64,000 bases of DNA, taken from the IMG/VR virus record IMGVR_UViG_3300042731_007944, positions 1 through 64,000 of that record; one strand, written 5' to 3'. Position numbers and translations under genes: made by a program. Shown here one piece after another: positions 40,542 to 50,372 of this stretch. Positions within the stretch are counted from its first letter, which is position 1. Each line of letters begins with the position of its first letter. The notes under the pieces were generated by a model. The model did not search any database. It was given only the letters and a program-made list of their open reading frames with translations, and had not been told where the DNA came from. The stretch comes from a virus.

Positions 40542-40858
40542 TACCACAACGTAGGGAAGCGTCGCTCTTTCGAGACAGAATTTTTGTTATTTTAAATTCA
40601 AACAAGACGTCTTACTTAGAGTAGCAAGTGATATGAGGTTCTGTCACCATTCCACGACACGGATCGGTACATAACGACACTTTTCAAGGAAATCTTTCGA
40701 TGACAACGAGAATTTTTTTGTACGATGTCAGAATTTTTGAAACAAATTGCCCGGATACGCTGTTTTTGGGCTTGACAAAAGCCCAGGCCGTGGCGCTGGT
40801 GGCGTTTCTGAAGCAACAAGACATCGCCTACGTGGTGAAGCCGAAGCTCCAACCGGCC

Positions 40859-43321
40859 TCAGCGTAGCCCGTATTTCTTCAGCTTTGTATGCAGCGTCTG
40901 GCGGACAATACCCAGCCGTTTCGCCGCTTCCGTCACATTCCCATGACACGCCATAAGCACTCGCTGAATATATTGCTTCTCTGTCTGTTCGAGTTGCTCC
41001 GCCAACGAAAATCGCGCGGTATCCGATAATGCCAGATCCGGCGCAATGGACAGATCGCCGGTGGCAAAAAACGAGTCGAGGACCCGGTAGAGTTCCCGGA
41101 CATTGCCCGGCCAATCATAGTCAAACAGCAGCGTCATGACCTCTGCCGGAAGAAATTCTCGCTCTCGCCATTGCGGATGGTGGCGAATATAGTGCTCAAC
41201 GAGCAGTGGCAAGTCGTCTTTGCGCTTGCGCAAGGCAGGCAAGCGTATTTGTACGCCCTGGAGCCGATACCAGAGATCCTTCCGGAAAGCCCCGTCTGCT
41301 ATGTCTCGCATGAGATCCCGGTTGGTGGCCGCAAGAATTCTGAGATCAACCGAAATCACGCGATCCGATCCGACCGGGCGAAATGACAACGTATCGATTA
41401 CGCGTAACAATTTTTGTTGCGACTCCAGCGACAAGTTTTCAATTTCATCCAGAAAGAGCGTGCCGCCGTTGGCCTGGATCAAGTACCCATCCCGATGAGA
41501 CATTGCGCCCGTAAACGCGCCTTTCCGGTGGCCGAAAAACGCGCTTTCAAACAAGTTCGGTGAGATCGCCCCGCAATCCACCTCAATAAATGCCCTGGCA
41601 CTCCGAGGACTGCGTTGATGAATTTCACGGGCCACCAATTCTTTGCCCGTTCCGGTTTCGCCAACCAAGACGACCGAAATGTCCGAGGCCGCTGTCTGCG
41701 AAATGCGCGAATACACCCGCTGCATTAATGGGTGTTTCCCGATTAATGCGCCGTACCGAAATCGGGTCTGCTGGGCATCTTCAAGTTGCGTTTCCAGCGC
41801 CTGCTGTCGCTGTCGTTCTTCTGTGATGTCACGCCCGAAGGCAAAAAACTCACAGACCTTCCCGCTTTTGAGGATGATCGGCGTAATGGACCACTCGATC
41901 CACTTGTTGTCCTGGTGGACAATAAGCGGTGTCTGCTTGTTGATCGCAAGGATCTGACGAAAGATTTTTTCACTCGGGACAAACGCCCGAAACGAGATCG
42001 GAAGATCCGGCCATCGGTTGCGAATCGACGCATTCACTTCTGACAGCACTCCGTTCGGCAGAAACGCACAGAAAAAATTTTTTTCGTGTTCAAGCATCGC
42101 TATATGTCGTTTTGCGTTCAGTTCGGCGTCTTTGCGCAAGAGCCGCTCTTGCGTCCAGGCGTGCTGCAACCGGGCCGCCATCGCATTAAATGCCCGGCTG
42201 AGACGTCCGATCTCCTCAATTCGGGCCGTGTTGATATCTGCCCGGATGGACAACGATCCCCCGTGGTGCGCTTGATCCATCGTCTGACACAGTGCTTCGA
42301 GAGGCCGGGCCAGGGACCGGCTGATCCGCCAGGAGAGTGCCGCGATGCCAGCCGATCCAAGCACCAGAATGCCGGTCACAACGCCAAACAGACGCCACAG
42401 CACGATCCGTTCTTCATCCCGTGGCTGGATCAGCAGAAACGCCCCACCAGCAAACCCAACCTTGCTGAGATACGCCGCCCGCGTTGTGCGTATGTTCGGG
42501 GCCGTAGGAATCGCTGAAAGATCAACGTCAAGAGGGGCGTCAAGGGAACTCAGTCGTCGTATTCCGTCGATCATTAATGTGACATGGACATCGCCCATTC
42601 GCCGGAACCGGTGCATGTCGAGATCGCTCACGGTCCGCAGTTCCCGCACGATCCCGAACCGCTCATGATTATACGTAATTGGCAGGCAATACTCGAAAAA
42701 GATGCCATCCGGGAAGGAGACGATTTCAAACCGGCCGTCTGTTGGAATCTCATCATCAAAGATGGTCGGCACGCTGGCAGGCGTCGGGATCGCGCGGATG
42801 TCTGTTTCTTGCTCGACGTATACATACCAGCGATCCTCCGGATGCATCTGTGTAAAGACTCCACCCTCGATAAAGGGTAAATAGACGCCGCCCGACAGGA
42901 TATCCGGATCGTCAGGATCGCGCTGAGCCATTCCGACCAGTACGCCCTCTCGATCATACACGGCGGCGTTTTGCGCCCCGACGAGGCGAAAATAATTCAC
43001 CAATTCCAGCGCAAAGAAATAATAATACGACTTCGTCCGATCAAAGCGCTCCATCGGGAGGAGGTCTTCGCTTTGCAACCACAGATCAAGCATATAGAGC
43101 CGATTCCGAATCGCTGGCTCAGCCTGCTTCATCTGATTGAGATAGATGATTTGCATGAGCCGCAAATCATCGTGAATGATGGCCGCCGCGCGTTCCACAT
43201 GCTGTTGAAAATCATGCCGTACCTGCCAGAGGAAAACGGCATAATAGCCGGCCGCAACGATCAGGCATCCGACGAGCGTAAATTGAAAAAAGGAAAGAAA
43301 AAACCGTTTGCGTAAGGTCAT
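40859..43321 (-). CDS. Membrane-bound sigma-54 enhancer-binding protein (TM-sensor-TM-HAMP-PAS-like-AAA+-Fis HTH)
   Basis: GETGTGKE, GAFTGA, LFLDEI, WPGNVREL, GNVTEAAKRLGI motifs; HAMP EEIGRLSRAFNAM. Confidence 0.93.
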   Translation of the reverse strand: MTLRKRFFLSFFQFTLVGCLIVAAGYYAVFLWQVRHDFQQHVERAAAIIHDDLRLMQIIYLNQMKQAEPAIRNRLYMLDLWLQSEDLLPMERFDRTKSYYYFFALELVNYFRLVGAQNAAVYDREGVLVGMAQRDPDDPDILSGGVYLPFIEGGVFTQMHPEDRWYVYVEQETDIRAIPTPASVPTIFDDEIPTDGRFEIVSFPDGIFFEYCLPITYNHERFGIVRELRTVSDLDMHRFRRMGDVHVTLMIDGIRRLSSLDAPLDVDLSAIPTAPNIRTTRAAYLSKVGFAGGAFLLIQPRDEERIVLWRLFGVVTGILVLGSAGIAALSWRISRSLARPLEALCQTMDQAHHGGSLSIRADINTARIEEIGRLSRAFNAMAARLQHAWTQERLLRKDAELNAKRHIAMLEHEKNFFCAFLPNGVLSEVNASIRNRWPDLPISFRAFVPSEKIFRQILAINKQTPLIVHQDNKWIEWSITPIILKSGKVCEFFAFGRDITEERQRQQALETQLEDAQQTRFRYGALIGKHPLMQRVYSRISQTAASDISVVLVGETGTGKELVAREIHQRSPRSARAFIEVDCGAISPNLFESAFFGHRKGAFTGAMSHRDGYLIQANGGTLFLDEIENLSLESQQKLLRVIDTLSFRPVGSDRVISVDLRILAATNRDLMRDIADGAFRKDLWYRLQGVQIRLPALRKRKDDLPLLVEHYIRHHPQWREREFLPAEVMTLLFDYDWPGNVRELYRVLDSFFATGDLSIAPDLALSDTARFSLAEQLEQTEKQYIQRVLMACHGNVTEAAKRLGIVRQTLHTKLKKYGLR

Positions 43322-43349
43322 TAGAGAAACGGGGCGTCGAGCGAGTGCA

Positions 43350-43425
43350 AACAGGCAACCCGGCTGACTCGACACGAGTCCCGTGGCTTTCCGTCCCATC
43401 CTCGCGGATGGTTTGGCATTTTTCT
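43350..43425 (-). ncRNA. c-di-GMP-I (GEMM) riboswitch
   Basis: GCCAAACCATCC-GCGA-GGATGGGACGGAAAGCCACGGG-ACTC..GAGT-CAGCCGGGTTGCC matches the GEMM consensus, with C21-G46 covariation. Confidence 0.88.
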
Positions 43426-43494
43426 GTGTTCAGTAGGTACTCTATACGATAGTGCGTGGGGAGAAAAATGTCAAATCGGTCTAGCAAAAAAAAT

Positions 43495-43876
43495 GTCCAC
43501 ACCGATCCGAATCTGTGGACGGCGTGGACGCGACTAGCCAGCCGTGGACATCAGATCCCGGATGAATAAACCAGCATACATTTTCTGCTGGCGTTCTGTG
43601 GACAAGGGGCGTTCGGCTTCCAGGACTTTCCGGAAGGTGCTACGATCCATTCCGCACCATTCTGCGATCTGGGCATCGGCCAGTGTCGGGGTTGCTCGCT
43701 TCAAGGCTGCGATCTTGTGTCGCACCAGATCGAGTGTCACATCTTCTGGTCTTTGGATCTCAAAGGCAAACACCTTTCGTTCATCCGAGAGGCCATCAAA
43801 CAGATCGTCTGCGTCCGTGTGGACGCCCGTGGACGCCGGTATCTGGGGCGTGGACGCTGCTTGTCCACGTGTGGAC
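43495..43876. repeat. Cluster of GTGGAC(GC) repeats (8 direct, 2 inverted)
   Basis: Direct copies at 43515, 43524, 43544, 43598, 43819, 43829, 43850 and 43871; inverted copies at 43495 and 43863. Confidence 0.75.
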
Positions 43877-45144
43877 GCCTCCACCACAAGCCGCATATCG
43901 TCATCTTTGACTTCAGGTATTTTTGCCAGAATCGGATCATCACACACTGGCCAAAACAACACATCACCTGGCTCTTTGACAGACGTTTTCAACAGGCGGA
44001 TGGCGTCCTTGTCTTGCAACAAGAGGTTCGCCTGTTTTGGTTTGATCCGATGGATATAGGCGCTCGTCAGAGTATCACGAACGGTTGAGTCGCCGCCGGT
44101 ACGTGAGGCCAGCCACGTCTGTGAGGACGCGAGCATGTAGACCTGACACTTCCGGCCTTCCGTGCTAATCCGTTCCATCGTATACGCGATGTGTGATCCC
44201 ATTGTCGTTTTTGACAGAAACGCGAGTTCATCAATCACTAGAACGACTGGTGTCGTGTCCAGATCGATTTGTTTCAAACGGTTGTTTATGATCGTTTCCA
44301 CGGCGGTCAACATAGTGGTCATATCATCCTTATACGTCGCCATCTGCATCAATCCGGCTTCCCAGAGCGGTTTTGTTTTGAACCCGAGTGAATTCGGGTG
44401 CGGATAATGCGGATCGATGCCGTAGAACCGGACGCCTTCCGTTATAATCCCGCTGCCAAGCAAAAAGAGCATGGTAGAGGTTTTCCCGCTGCCGGATTCC
44501 CCGGCAATGGCGGCGGAATAAATATTGAGAAACGATCCACGACGTGGCTCGCCGTGCTCAAATCCGAGAATCATGGGTTCATCCGGGGCGATCTCGCCTC
44601 GCCGTAAGAGATGGGCAAACGTTGGCACACGTTTTGGCCCGGTGAGCATCGCCGGTGCAGCCTGTTCGATCTGTTTCAGTCCGGCTTTATTGGCGGTTCC
44701 GGCAATCTCTTTGTAAATTTTGACTGCGGCTTCAGCCCCCTGTAACGTCCCTTCATTGACCGTCCGTGTTTGTTCAGCCGCCATCAACCCCATTGAGAGC
44801 GGTACGGCGATGCCGAGATCTTTTTTACGCACAGGGATTTCTTTATGTTCGCCAAGTTTGATGGTGTGGACAGAGGCTTTTTCTCGCTCACACAATCCGC
44901 GATTAAGGATATAATACGATCCTAAAAGCAACAGCATAAGTGGTCCTATAATAGCAATCGAGCGTAAGACCGCATTCAGCACATGGGTGTTGTCAACCTT
45001 TTCTTGCGCTTCTGCGATCAAAATTTCCGGGTGCGCGTCATAGAGGCGATAATTTTTCCACACGCTAAAGACGGTATTGGCTCCGAAGGCGAGCGCGATA
45101 GCAATAAATAATCCGATGATCACGCTAATTTGTTGTTTTTTCAT
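43534..45144 (-). CDS. FtsK/SpoIIIE/TraB-like membrane DNA translocase with a C-terminal HTH
   Basis: Two N-terminal TMs, GESGSGKT, VLVIDE, EGRK motifs, C-terminal HTH. Confidence 0.78.
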   Translation of the reverse strand: MKKQQISVIIGLFIAIALAFGANTVFSVWKNYRLYDAHPEILIAEAQEKVDNTHVLNAVLRSIAIIGPLMLLLLGSYYILNRGLCEREKASVHTIKLGEHKEIPVRKKDLGIAVPLSMGLMAAEQTRTVNEGTLQGAEAAVKIYKEIAGTANKAGLKQIEQAAPAMLTGPKRVPTFAHLLRRGEIAPDEPMILGFEHGEPRRGSFLNIYSAAIAGESGSGKTSTMLFLLGSGIITEGVRFYGIDPHYPHPNSLGFKTKPLWEAGLMQMATYKDDMTTMLTAVETIINNRLKQIDLDTTPVVLVIDELAFLSKTTMGSHIAYTMERISTEGRKCQVYMLASSQTWLASRTGGDSTVRDTLTSAYIHRIKPKQANLLLQDKDAIRLLKTSVKEPGDVLFWPVCDDPILAKIPEVKDDDMRLVVEASTRGQAASTPQIPASTGVHTDADDLFDGLSDERKVFAFEIQRPEDVTLDLVRHKIAALKRATPTLADAQIAEWCGMDRSTFRKVLEAERPLSTERQQKMYAGLFIRDLMSTAG

Positions 45145-45850
45145 CCCGATTGATTCTCCAGAATATGACAATTCCGATAATGGCGAGACCAAAGGCGATC
45201 ACGCCCTGAACGACATCACGCAAGATTCGTTGATCGCGTTGCTGTTTGGCTAGCGTGAGATTCACAGGCGCTTTTTTCGTGGGGAGAACAGATGTCGCCT
45301 GTTCCGGCGTCGGTGTCGGATCAATCGTGCGTATCTCTGGCAGGGGAACCTGGATCGCGGCGACCTGCGCCACAGGCTCAGGGGTAACGACTTCCGGCGT
45401 TTCCACCACCACATCAGCAACCGGTGCTAGTTCTGACCGTGACACGGACGTCTGGATTGGCGGGGTCTGCCATGTAGAGAGCATGGCGGCATAATACGGA
45501 TCGCCCATCCGTGACTGCTGGCGAGGATAAAAATATTGGACCGTCCGGCGCTGTGGCAACGGCAGATACTGCGCGCCATTCCACTTCCCATAACTGCGAT
45601 AGATCGGCTGTGTCTCTGTATAGGCAGAGACCTGTTGCGCCTGCTGTTGAAACTCTGGGTGATCGTCCATGTTCCATTCGGCATGGCCGGTTACGGTCAG
45701 GGTTTTTTGGGCTTCGAGTTGCGCCGCATATTGCAGCAGCGCCCATTCGTCATCGGTAAAATCATCCCGGCTGACGACGCCGTCATTATAGGCGAACGCC
45801 GGGCTTACAATAAACAATAGACTGACAAGTAGACTGACAAATACTTTCAT
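45125..45850 (-). CDS. Exported protein with a C-terminal membrane anchor
   Basis: Signal peptide (AFA cleavage site), Pro/Thr-rich linker, C-terminal TM. Confidence 0.7.
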   Translation of the reverse strand: MKVFVSLLVSLLFIVSPAFAYNDGVVSRDDFTDDEWALLQYAAQLEAQKTLTVTGHAEWNMDDHPEFQQQAQQVSAYTETQPIYRSYGKWNGAQYLPLPQRRTVQYFYPRQQSRMGDPYYAAMLSTWQTPPIQTSVSRSELAPVADVVVETPEVVTPEPVAQVAAIQVPLPEIRTIDPTPTPEQATSVLPTKKAPVNLTLAKQQRDQRILRDVVQGVIAFGLAIIGIVIFWRINRDEKTTN

Positions 45851-46092
45851 GATGTTCCTCCCTATGTTGATTGGTTTGTTCTACGTTCCAATTTTGCTTC
45901 CCGCTTTGTCAAGCGATTTTTCCGTTTCGCCCAGAGACCGGGCAAAGCGTTATTTGTGAAAATTTTCTCGTTTTCTGATGGCAGCTAAACAGATACCGGG
46001 CATAGGTGTCTTGCGAGACGATCCTATCTGCCGTCTTCTTGTATTGCCGGTACTGCTGTTGAATGGCGCGGTGGTGCGCCTGTTCCCAGGTC

Positions 46093-46484
46093 TCAAACGT
46101 TGTCATCTGTCACCTCGCGTTTCTGTTCTTTCGCCCATTCTTTCTGAAACGCTTGCCACATGCGTTGTTCAAGCTCTTTAAACTTCTCATAGCAGGCGTC
46201 ACAAACGACGCCATAGTTTCCCGGTCTGTCTTCCAGTTCTTTCCCTTCGCCGTCTTTCAGGTCTTGCAAACAATGACCACAGGTGTTCATTCTGCACCAC
46301 CTCCATAAATGCGTTCCGGCGTCTCTGGATAGTCCGGCCCGTTCTCGCGCCGGAATTCGTCGATCACTACACCATCTTTCTTCAGTACCACCTTGACGCA
46401 GGTCGGTTCGCGTTTTGTCAGCGCGAAATACGTCAATGCCTTCATTTCAGAATCAAATTGCTGAATTTCCTCAATGGTGTACAT
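46093..46484 (-). CDS. Two small hypothetical ORFs (46093-46290 Zn-finger, 46287-46484)
   Basis: Coupled downstream of the second initiator. Confidence 0.55.
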
Positions 46485-46486
46485 CG

Positions 46487-47263
46487 CTATTGTTCCACTA
46501 CTTGAAAGGTTATGTCAGGACGCTGCCCGATCTGTTTTTCGAGTTCATCCTGAATGATTGTCGTATAATAGTCTTGCAACCAGTAAACAAAGTCTTCAGA
46601 AGGAACCCCTATCACAACACCTCTTCCGTTCTGCTCCAGCAGGCGTGTAGGCCGCAACCATGTGTCAAACGATGGACGGTTGATCGTTTTTTGAAGAGAA
46701 ATTAAAATGGTGTCCCATAAATTATACTTCTTACAACCTTGCTTCTTATTCTTGTTAGTATTCAGATTTTCTGAATGTAGATTTTCTGAACGGCTACCCC
46801 CTTCTTTCAGATTTTCTGAACGTAGGTCAATCGCCTGTTTTTCTAGTACGTTCAGATTTTCTGAATGTAGCTTTAGATATCCACCTCGATAGAATTTCCG
46901 TTTGTCCGTCCCTTGGTGCTTTTTTCCAAGAGGAATAGACGTAGGGTCTTCGGGAGATGGATTGTGCTCTGGTGTCGCATACACATAATAACACCACTCG
47001 CTAATTTGATCTGAAACCCTTTTCGGTTGATATGTCGCATATCCGAAATGTCGTAATTCTTTTAAGGCGCTATAGACGACTGTTTTTCCATCCACAGATC
47101 TCGAGACAAGATCCGTGACGTTCATTTCCCATCCGGCGGCTTGCGCTAGAACATATGACAAGATTCCTTTTGCGGCCCAGGAGAGTCTTGAGTCATGATC
47201 AAGGGCGGTTTTGTCAAAGAGCGCAAAATTCTTTTCGTAATGAGCATTTTTGATTGTCGGCAT
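46487..47263 (-). CDS. Second replication initiator with a C-terminal DnaA domain-I-like region
   Basis: DSRLSWAAKGIL..LKELRHFGY; C-terminal LWDTIL..SFDTWLRPT..VPSEDF..WL. Confidence 0.8.
   Translation of the reverse strand: MPTIKNAHYEKNFALFDKTALDHDSRLSWAAKGILSYVLAQAAGWEMNVTDLVSRSVDGKTVVYSALKELRHFGYATYQPKRVSDQISEWCYYVYATPEHNPSPEDPTSIPLGKKHQGTDKRKFYRGGYLKLHSENLNVLEKQAIDLRSENLKEGGSRSENLHSENLNTNKNKKQGCKKYNLWDTILISLQKTINRPSFDTWLRPTRLLEQNGRGVVIGVPSEDFVYWLQDYYTTIIQDELEKQIGQRPDITFQVVEQ
46761..46865. repeat. Iterons (putative ori)
   Basis: TTCAGATTTTCTGAA at 46761, 46806 and 46851 (45-bp period), plus a partial copy at 46779. Confidence 0.75.
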
Positions 47264-47401
47264 CTTTTCTGCTTGACAAAACGAGGGGGAGGCAGGATGA
47301 TACTCACATACACAAGGGGTAAGCCTACCCTGGGGGCTTCTGTTTATCGACGTAATGGCGGGCAAACCATAGCAGATATTCAGAGGCCCTCTCTCTTTTG
47401 T

Positions 47402-47596
47402 CTACTCTTCTATTTTCTCTGTATTGTCAACTGTCTGCTGCTGAATAAATCGCTCGATCTCCTCTTGCGTAAACCGATAATCCCGGCCCAAATTGATCGC
47501 TTTCAGGCGACCATCCTTCACCATTTGATAGACCGTGGACTTTTTTATTTTGAATAAATCAGCGACTTCTTGCACTGTATAAAAATGTTCCGGCAT
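47402..47596 (-). CDS. Excisionase-like HTH (HTH_17)
   Basis: YTVQEVADLFKIKKSTVYQMVKDGRLKA..G..YR. Confidence 0.85.
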   Translation of the reverse strand: MPEHFYTVQEVADLFKIKKSTVYQMVKDGRLKAINLGRDYRFTQEEIERFIQQQTVDNTEKIEE

Positions 47597-47705
47597 AATA
47601 TTTCACTTTCGTTGAGTTTTGTCAAGTTTCTTTTTGTTACGTTGTGAAAAATCCTGTTATCACCAGGACTATTCAGAGTAAAACAGATACGATACCTTTT
47701 GTCAA

Positions 47706-48413
47706 TTAATTTTGCTCGCTATTTTCCTGCTCGCTATCTTCCGGGCGTTCTGGCGATGGCAACAACAGCGCTTTCAATTCGTCAAGTAATGCCTTCCGGC
47801 GCTTACCCTGCAAGAATCCTTGGTGATGTTCGAGGTCCGCGATGAGGCGTGTCACGTCGCGCTGTTGGTGGACTGCTTCGATCTCTTGACGTATCGCTTC
47901 TCGTTGCCGAGCTTCATACTCCTTGCGAATATCGTCCGGGCTTTTCCCATCAGGCAACATCTTTATTTCGCCTTCCAGGGCCTCATTTCTCCTAATCAAA
48001 TCGTAAATCTCTTTCTCTTTCTCCTGGAGATCCTTGAGGTGTTGGTCTTTTAATTGCGATATTTTTTCATGCAGATCGAAAAGCTGCTGGATATAGTGTG
48101 GAGTTTGAAGGTTGTTTGAAAGTGTTTGTGGTGGCGTGTCTTGCGCTGTTGGTGTTGGCGGCGGCTGCGGGAATTGATCCGGAAATGCCTGCTCTAGCCT
48201 GAGCCGAATTTCCGGCATGGATAAGCCCTGTTCTTTCATCTGTTTAATGCGGTCAAAAATTGGGAAGACCGCTTCGTCGAGCAGGATCTTATTCTTATTG
48301 CCGTGTTTGGTGTGCTGTTTGAACAAGCCAGGGAACTGTTTGAGGCATTCCCGGAGAAACTGATATTTCAAGCCGGTTAAAGACTCCAGATCTTTTATGG
48401 AATACATGGGCAT
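47706..48413 (-). CDS. MerR-like HTH plus coiled-coil protein (plasmid Par/DUF3967-like)
   Basis: YSIKDL..LTG...IKQMKEQGLSM.EI followed by a long coiled coil. Confidence 0.6.
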   Translation of the reverse strand: MPMYSIKDLESLTGLKYQFLRECLKQFPGLFKQHTKHGNKNKILLDEAVFPIFDRIKQMKEQGLSMPEIRLRLEQAFPDQFPQPPPTPTAQDTPPQTLSNNLQTPHYIQQLFDLHEKISQLKDQHLKDLQEKEKEIYDLIRRNEALEGEIKMLPDGKSPDDIRKEYEARQREAIRQEIEAVHQQRDVTRLIADLEHHQGFLQGKRRKALLDELKALLLPSPERPEDSEQENSEQN

Positions 48414-48718
48414 CCCCTCCTTATGAAACTGTCTAAAAACACGGTACGATTTTTCTGCCATCCCGTCAAGCGATTTTTCTTCAGGGAAATGAAATGCGAT
48501 CTTTTTTCGCACGAAGGTTCATTTTTTCTGCTTGCTGTCTGTTTTACGTTCTAACTCGTTGAAAACTCTGCGTTAGGAGAAAAACTAGAGAAAAACTCTG
48601 TTTTTAGCGATTTTTTGATTGACAAAGGGTTTCCGTCTATGGTTTGGTGTTTCAGAATGATGCGTGTTTGATGCTATTCAATATCTTTTTAGCAACTATA
48701 GTTTTACAAGGAGATGTT

Positions 48719-49816
48719 ATGGAAGTTATTCTTGCATGTGATACAGGGACATCAGAAGATAAAGGGGCCATCATGCCCCTCGGATCAGACTTTCATCCGA
48801 AACGGATTATCTCACATTCCTTCCCTACGTTGGGAAAAATTGGGGAATTTACCGCGCTACCAGGGGATCACTTAGGCGTCTTGCGAGAGCCACATCCCTA
48901 TCAAGGCGTCTACAAGGCCCGCGCCCGTGAATTTGGAGCGCGTCTGCATCGAAATTCAAACATCTATAATGATCCCGTCTATCTGCTCTATGTCTTTGGC
49001 ATGGTGGCTGATCTGCTGGAAAAAGCCCATATTACAGAGAAGCAAATAGACGTGATGTTTGCGGGCTTTGGGTTCCCGGTCTCACATAAAGAAGGACAGG
49101 CCGGGCAACTCAGATCCACGTTGCTGCATCGCGGAAAACCGTGGACAGTACAAAAACAAGACGGACGGGCCTATTCTGTCACGTTCCACAATGTTGTGTG
49201 TGAGACGCAACCGTATTATATGGTCGTTGACCAGATTTTCACCTGGCAGCCGAACGGGACGCTGTCGGCTGAGCGTGGCAAACAGATTTTTGCCAACGGG
49301 CCGCTATTATTCGGGGATCTTGGGTCAAACTCGAATGATTGGGAATGGGTTCCGTTGTCGCTCGCAAACTCCGAGAACGCCTGTTCGATGGGCGGGACGT
49401 TCAATTTTTTTCCGAAACTGGCAAAGTTGGCCTATGAAAAAACCCATCAGGATTTAACAGAGTACGATCTCATGTATCAGGTGTTTCGGAAACGCCAAAT
49501 CACCTTAAACGGTGTGACGTATGACTTTTCTCAGGAAATCCCGTTGCTCTATCAAGAGGCCGTCAAAGAGTTGGAGGGCGATATTGATCTGTTTTTGCGA
49601 ACCCTGAAAGAAAAGCCTCAGCCTTATGCGATGCGATTAGGCGGGGGTGGTGTCATTAATGGGGAATCGTATTTTCGACAGATCTTTTCCTCAAAATTCC
49701 CTGGCGGAGTGCAGATTGTTGAAGATGACCACGGGAAACCGGCCCCGGTCTGGTCTATCGTGCGTGGAATGGTGAAGAAAAGCGTCATTGAGGCGCAAAA
49801 GGCAGAGGTACTATAG
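48719..49816 (+). CDS. ParM/StbA-like actin-family ATPase
   Basis: ACDTG.S.K phosphate-1, GFP, Q-P, DLGSNS.D phosphate-2, GGGG adenosine motifs. Confidence 0.7.
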   Translation: MEVILACDTGTSEDKGAIMPLGSDFHPKRIISHSFPTLGKIGEFTALPGDHLGVLREPHPYQGVYKARAREFGARLHRNSNIYNDPVYLLYVFGMVADLLEKAHITEKQIDVMFAGFGFPVSHKEGQAGQLRSTLLHRGKPWTVQKQDGRAYSVTFHNVVCETQPYYMVVDQIFTWQPNGTLSAERGKQIFANGPLLFGDLGSNSNDWEWVPLSLANSENACSMGGTFNFFPKLAKLAYEKTHQDLTEYDLMYQVFRKRQITLNGVTYDFSQEIPLLYQEAVKELEGDIDLFLRTLKEKPQPYAMRLGGGGVINGESYFRQIFSSKFPGGVQIVEDDHGKPAPVWSIVRGMVKKSVIEAQKAEVL

Positions 49817-49817
49817 A

Positions 49818-50132
49818 ATGTCGAAAAAACCACTCACTGAAACAGGTCGGATACAGTTTGATCTCCAACCGCACCGACCTGATGATTATGCTCGGCTGAA
49901 ATATTTAGAACACCTCCGGCAAAAAGGGAAATTTGCCGATGGGATGCGGGAACTCATTGATTATAAGATGACACGTTCAACGACTGAGCAGCGGTTTGAC
50001 GAGATTAAACGAATGCTTGAGATGGTGTATGAACGAATTTCGTCAGGAACCATAACGTTTACGCCACAGGAACGACAGCAACTCAAAAAGACGGTTGTCG
50101 ATCTTGAGGATACGGTCACATTTGGAGTATGA
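49818..50132 (+). CDS. ParR-like small DNA-binding partner
   Basis: Directly downstream of the ParM-like gene; RHH-like N-terminus. Confidence 0.5.
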   Translation: MSKKPLTETGRIQFDLQPHRPDDYARLKYLEHLRQKGKFADGMRELIDYKMTRSTTEQRFDEIKRMLEMVYERISSGTITFTPQERQQLKKTVVDLEDTVTFGV

Positions 50133-50135
50133 ACC

Positions 50136-50372
50136 ATGACACTGAACGAAAAAGAACTGAACGCCGTGCTAGCCTCAGCTTTGAAAGATGCAAAAACGAA
50201 TCAGATAACCTGGGGGCAAATTCGCACAAAGGTGTATCAACAAGTTGGACAACTCGCCCGGAAATACTATCAAATCGGGATAACGGATTCTGAAGGCATG
50301 CACACGATAGCGCTGTTTTTCGCCCTGAACTATCAGGTAGACATGTACGAATTCATGCGCTACCTTGCATAA
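50136..50372 (+). CDS. Hypothetical protein
   Basis: GGAG RBS; same operon. Confidence 0.55.
   Translation: MTLNEKELNAVLASALKDAKTNQITWGQIRTKVYQQVGQLARKYYQIGITDSEGMHTIALFFALNYQVDMYEFMRYLA

Noticed and set aside
43322-43399. N-terminal extension of the sigma-54 activator ORF
   Set aside because: It overlaps the riboswitch aptamer; a start at 43321 is preferred.
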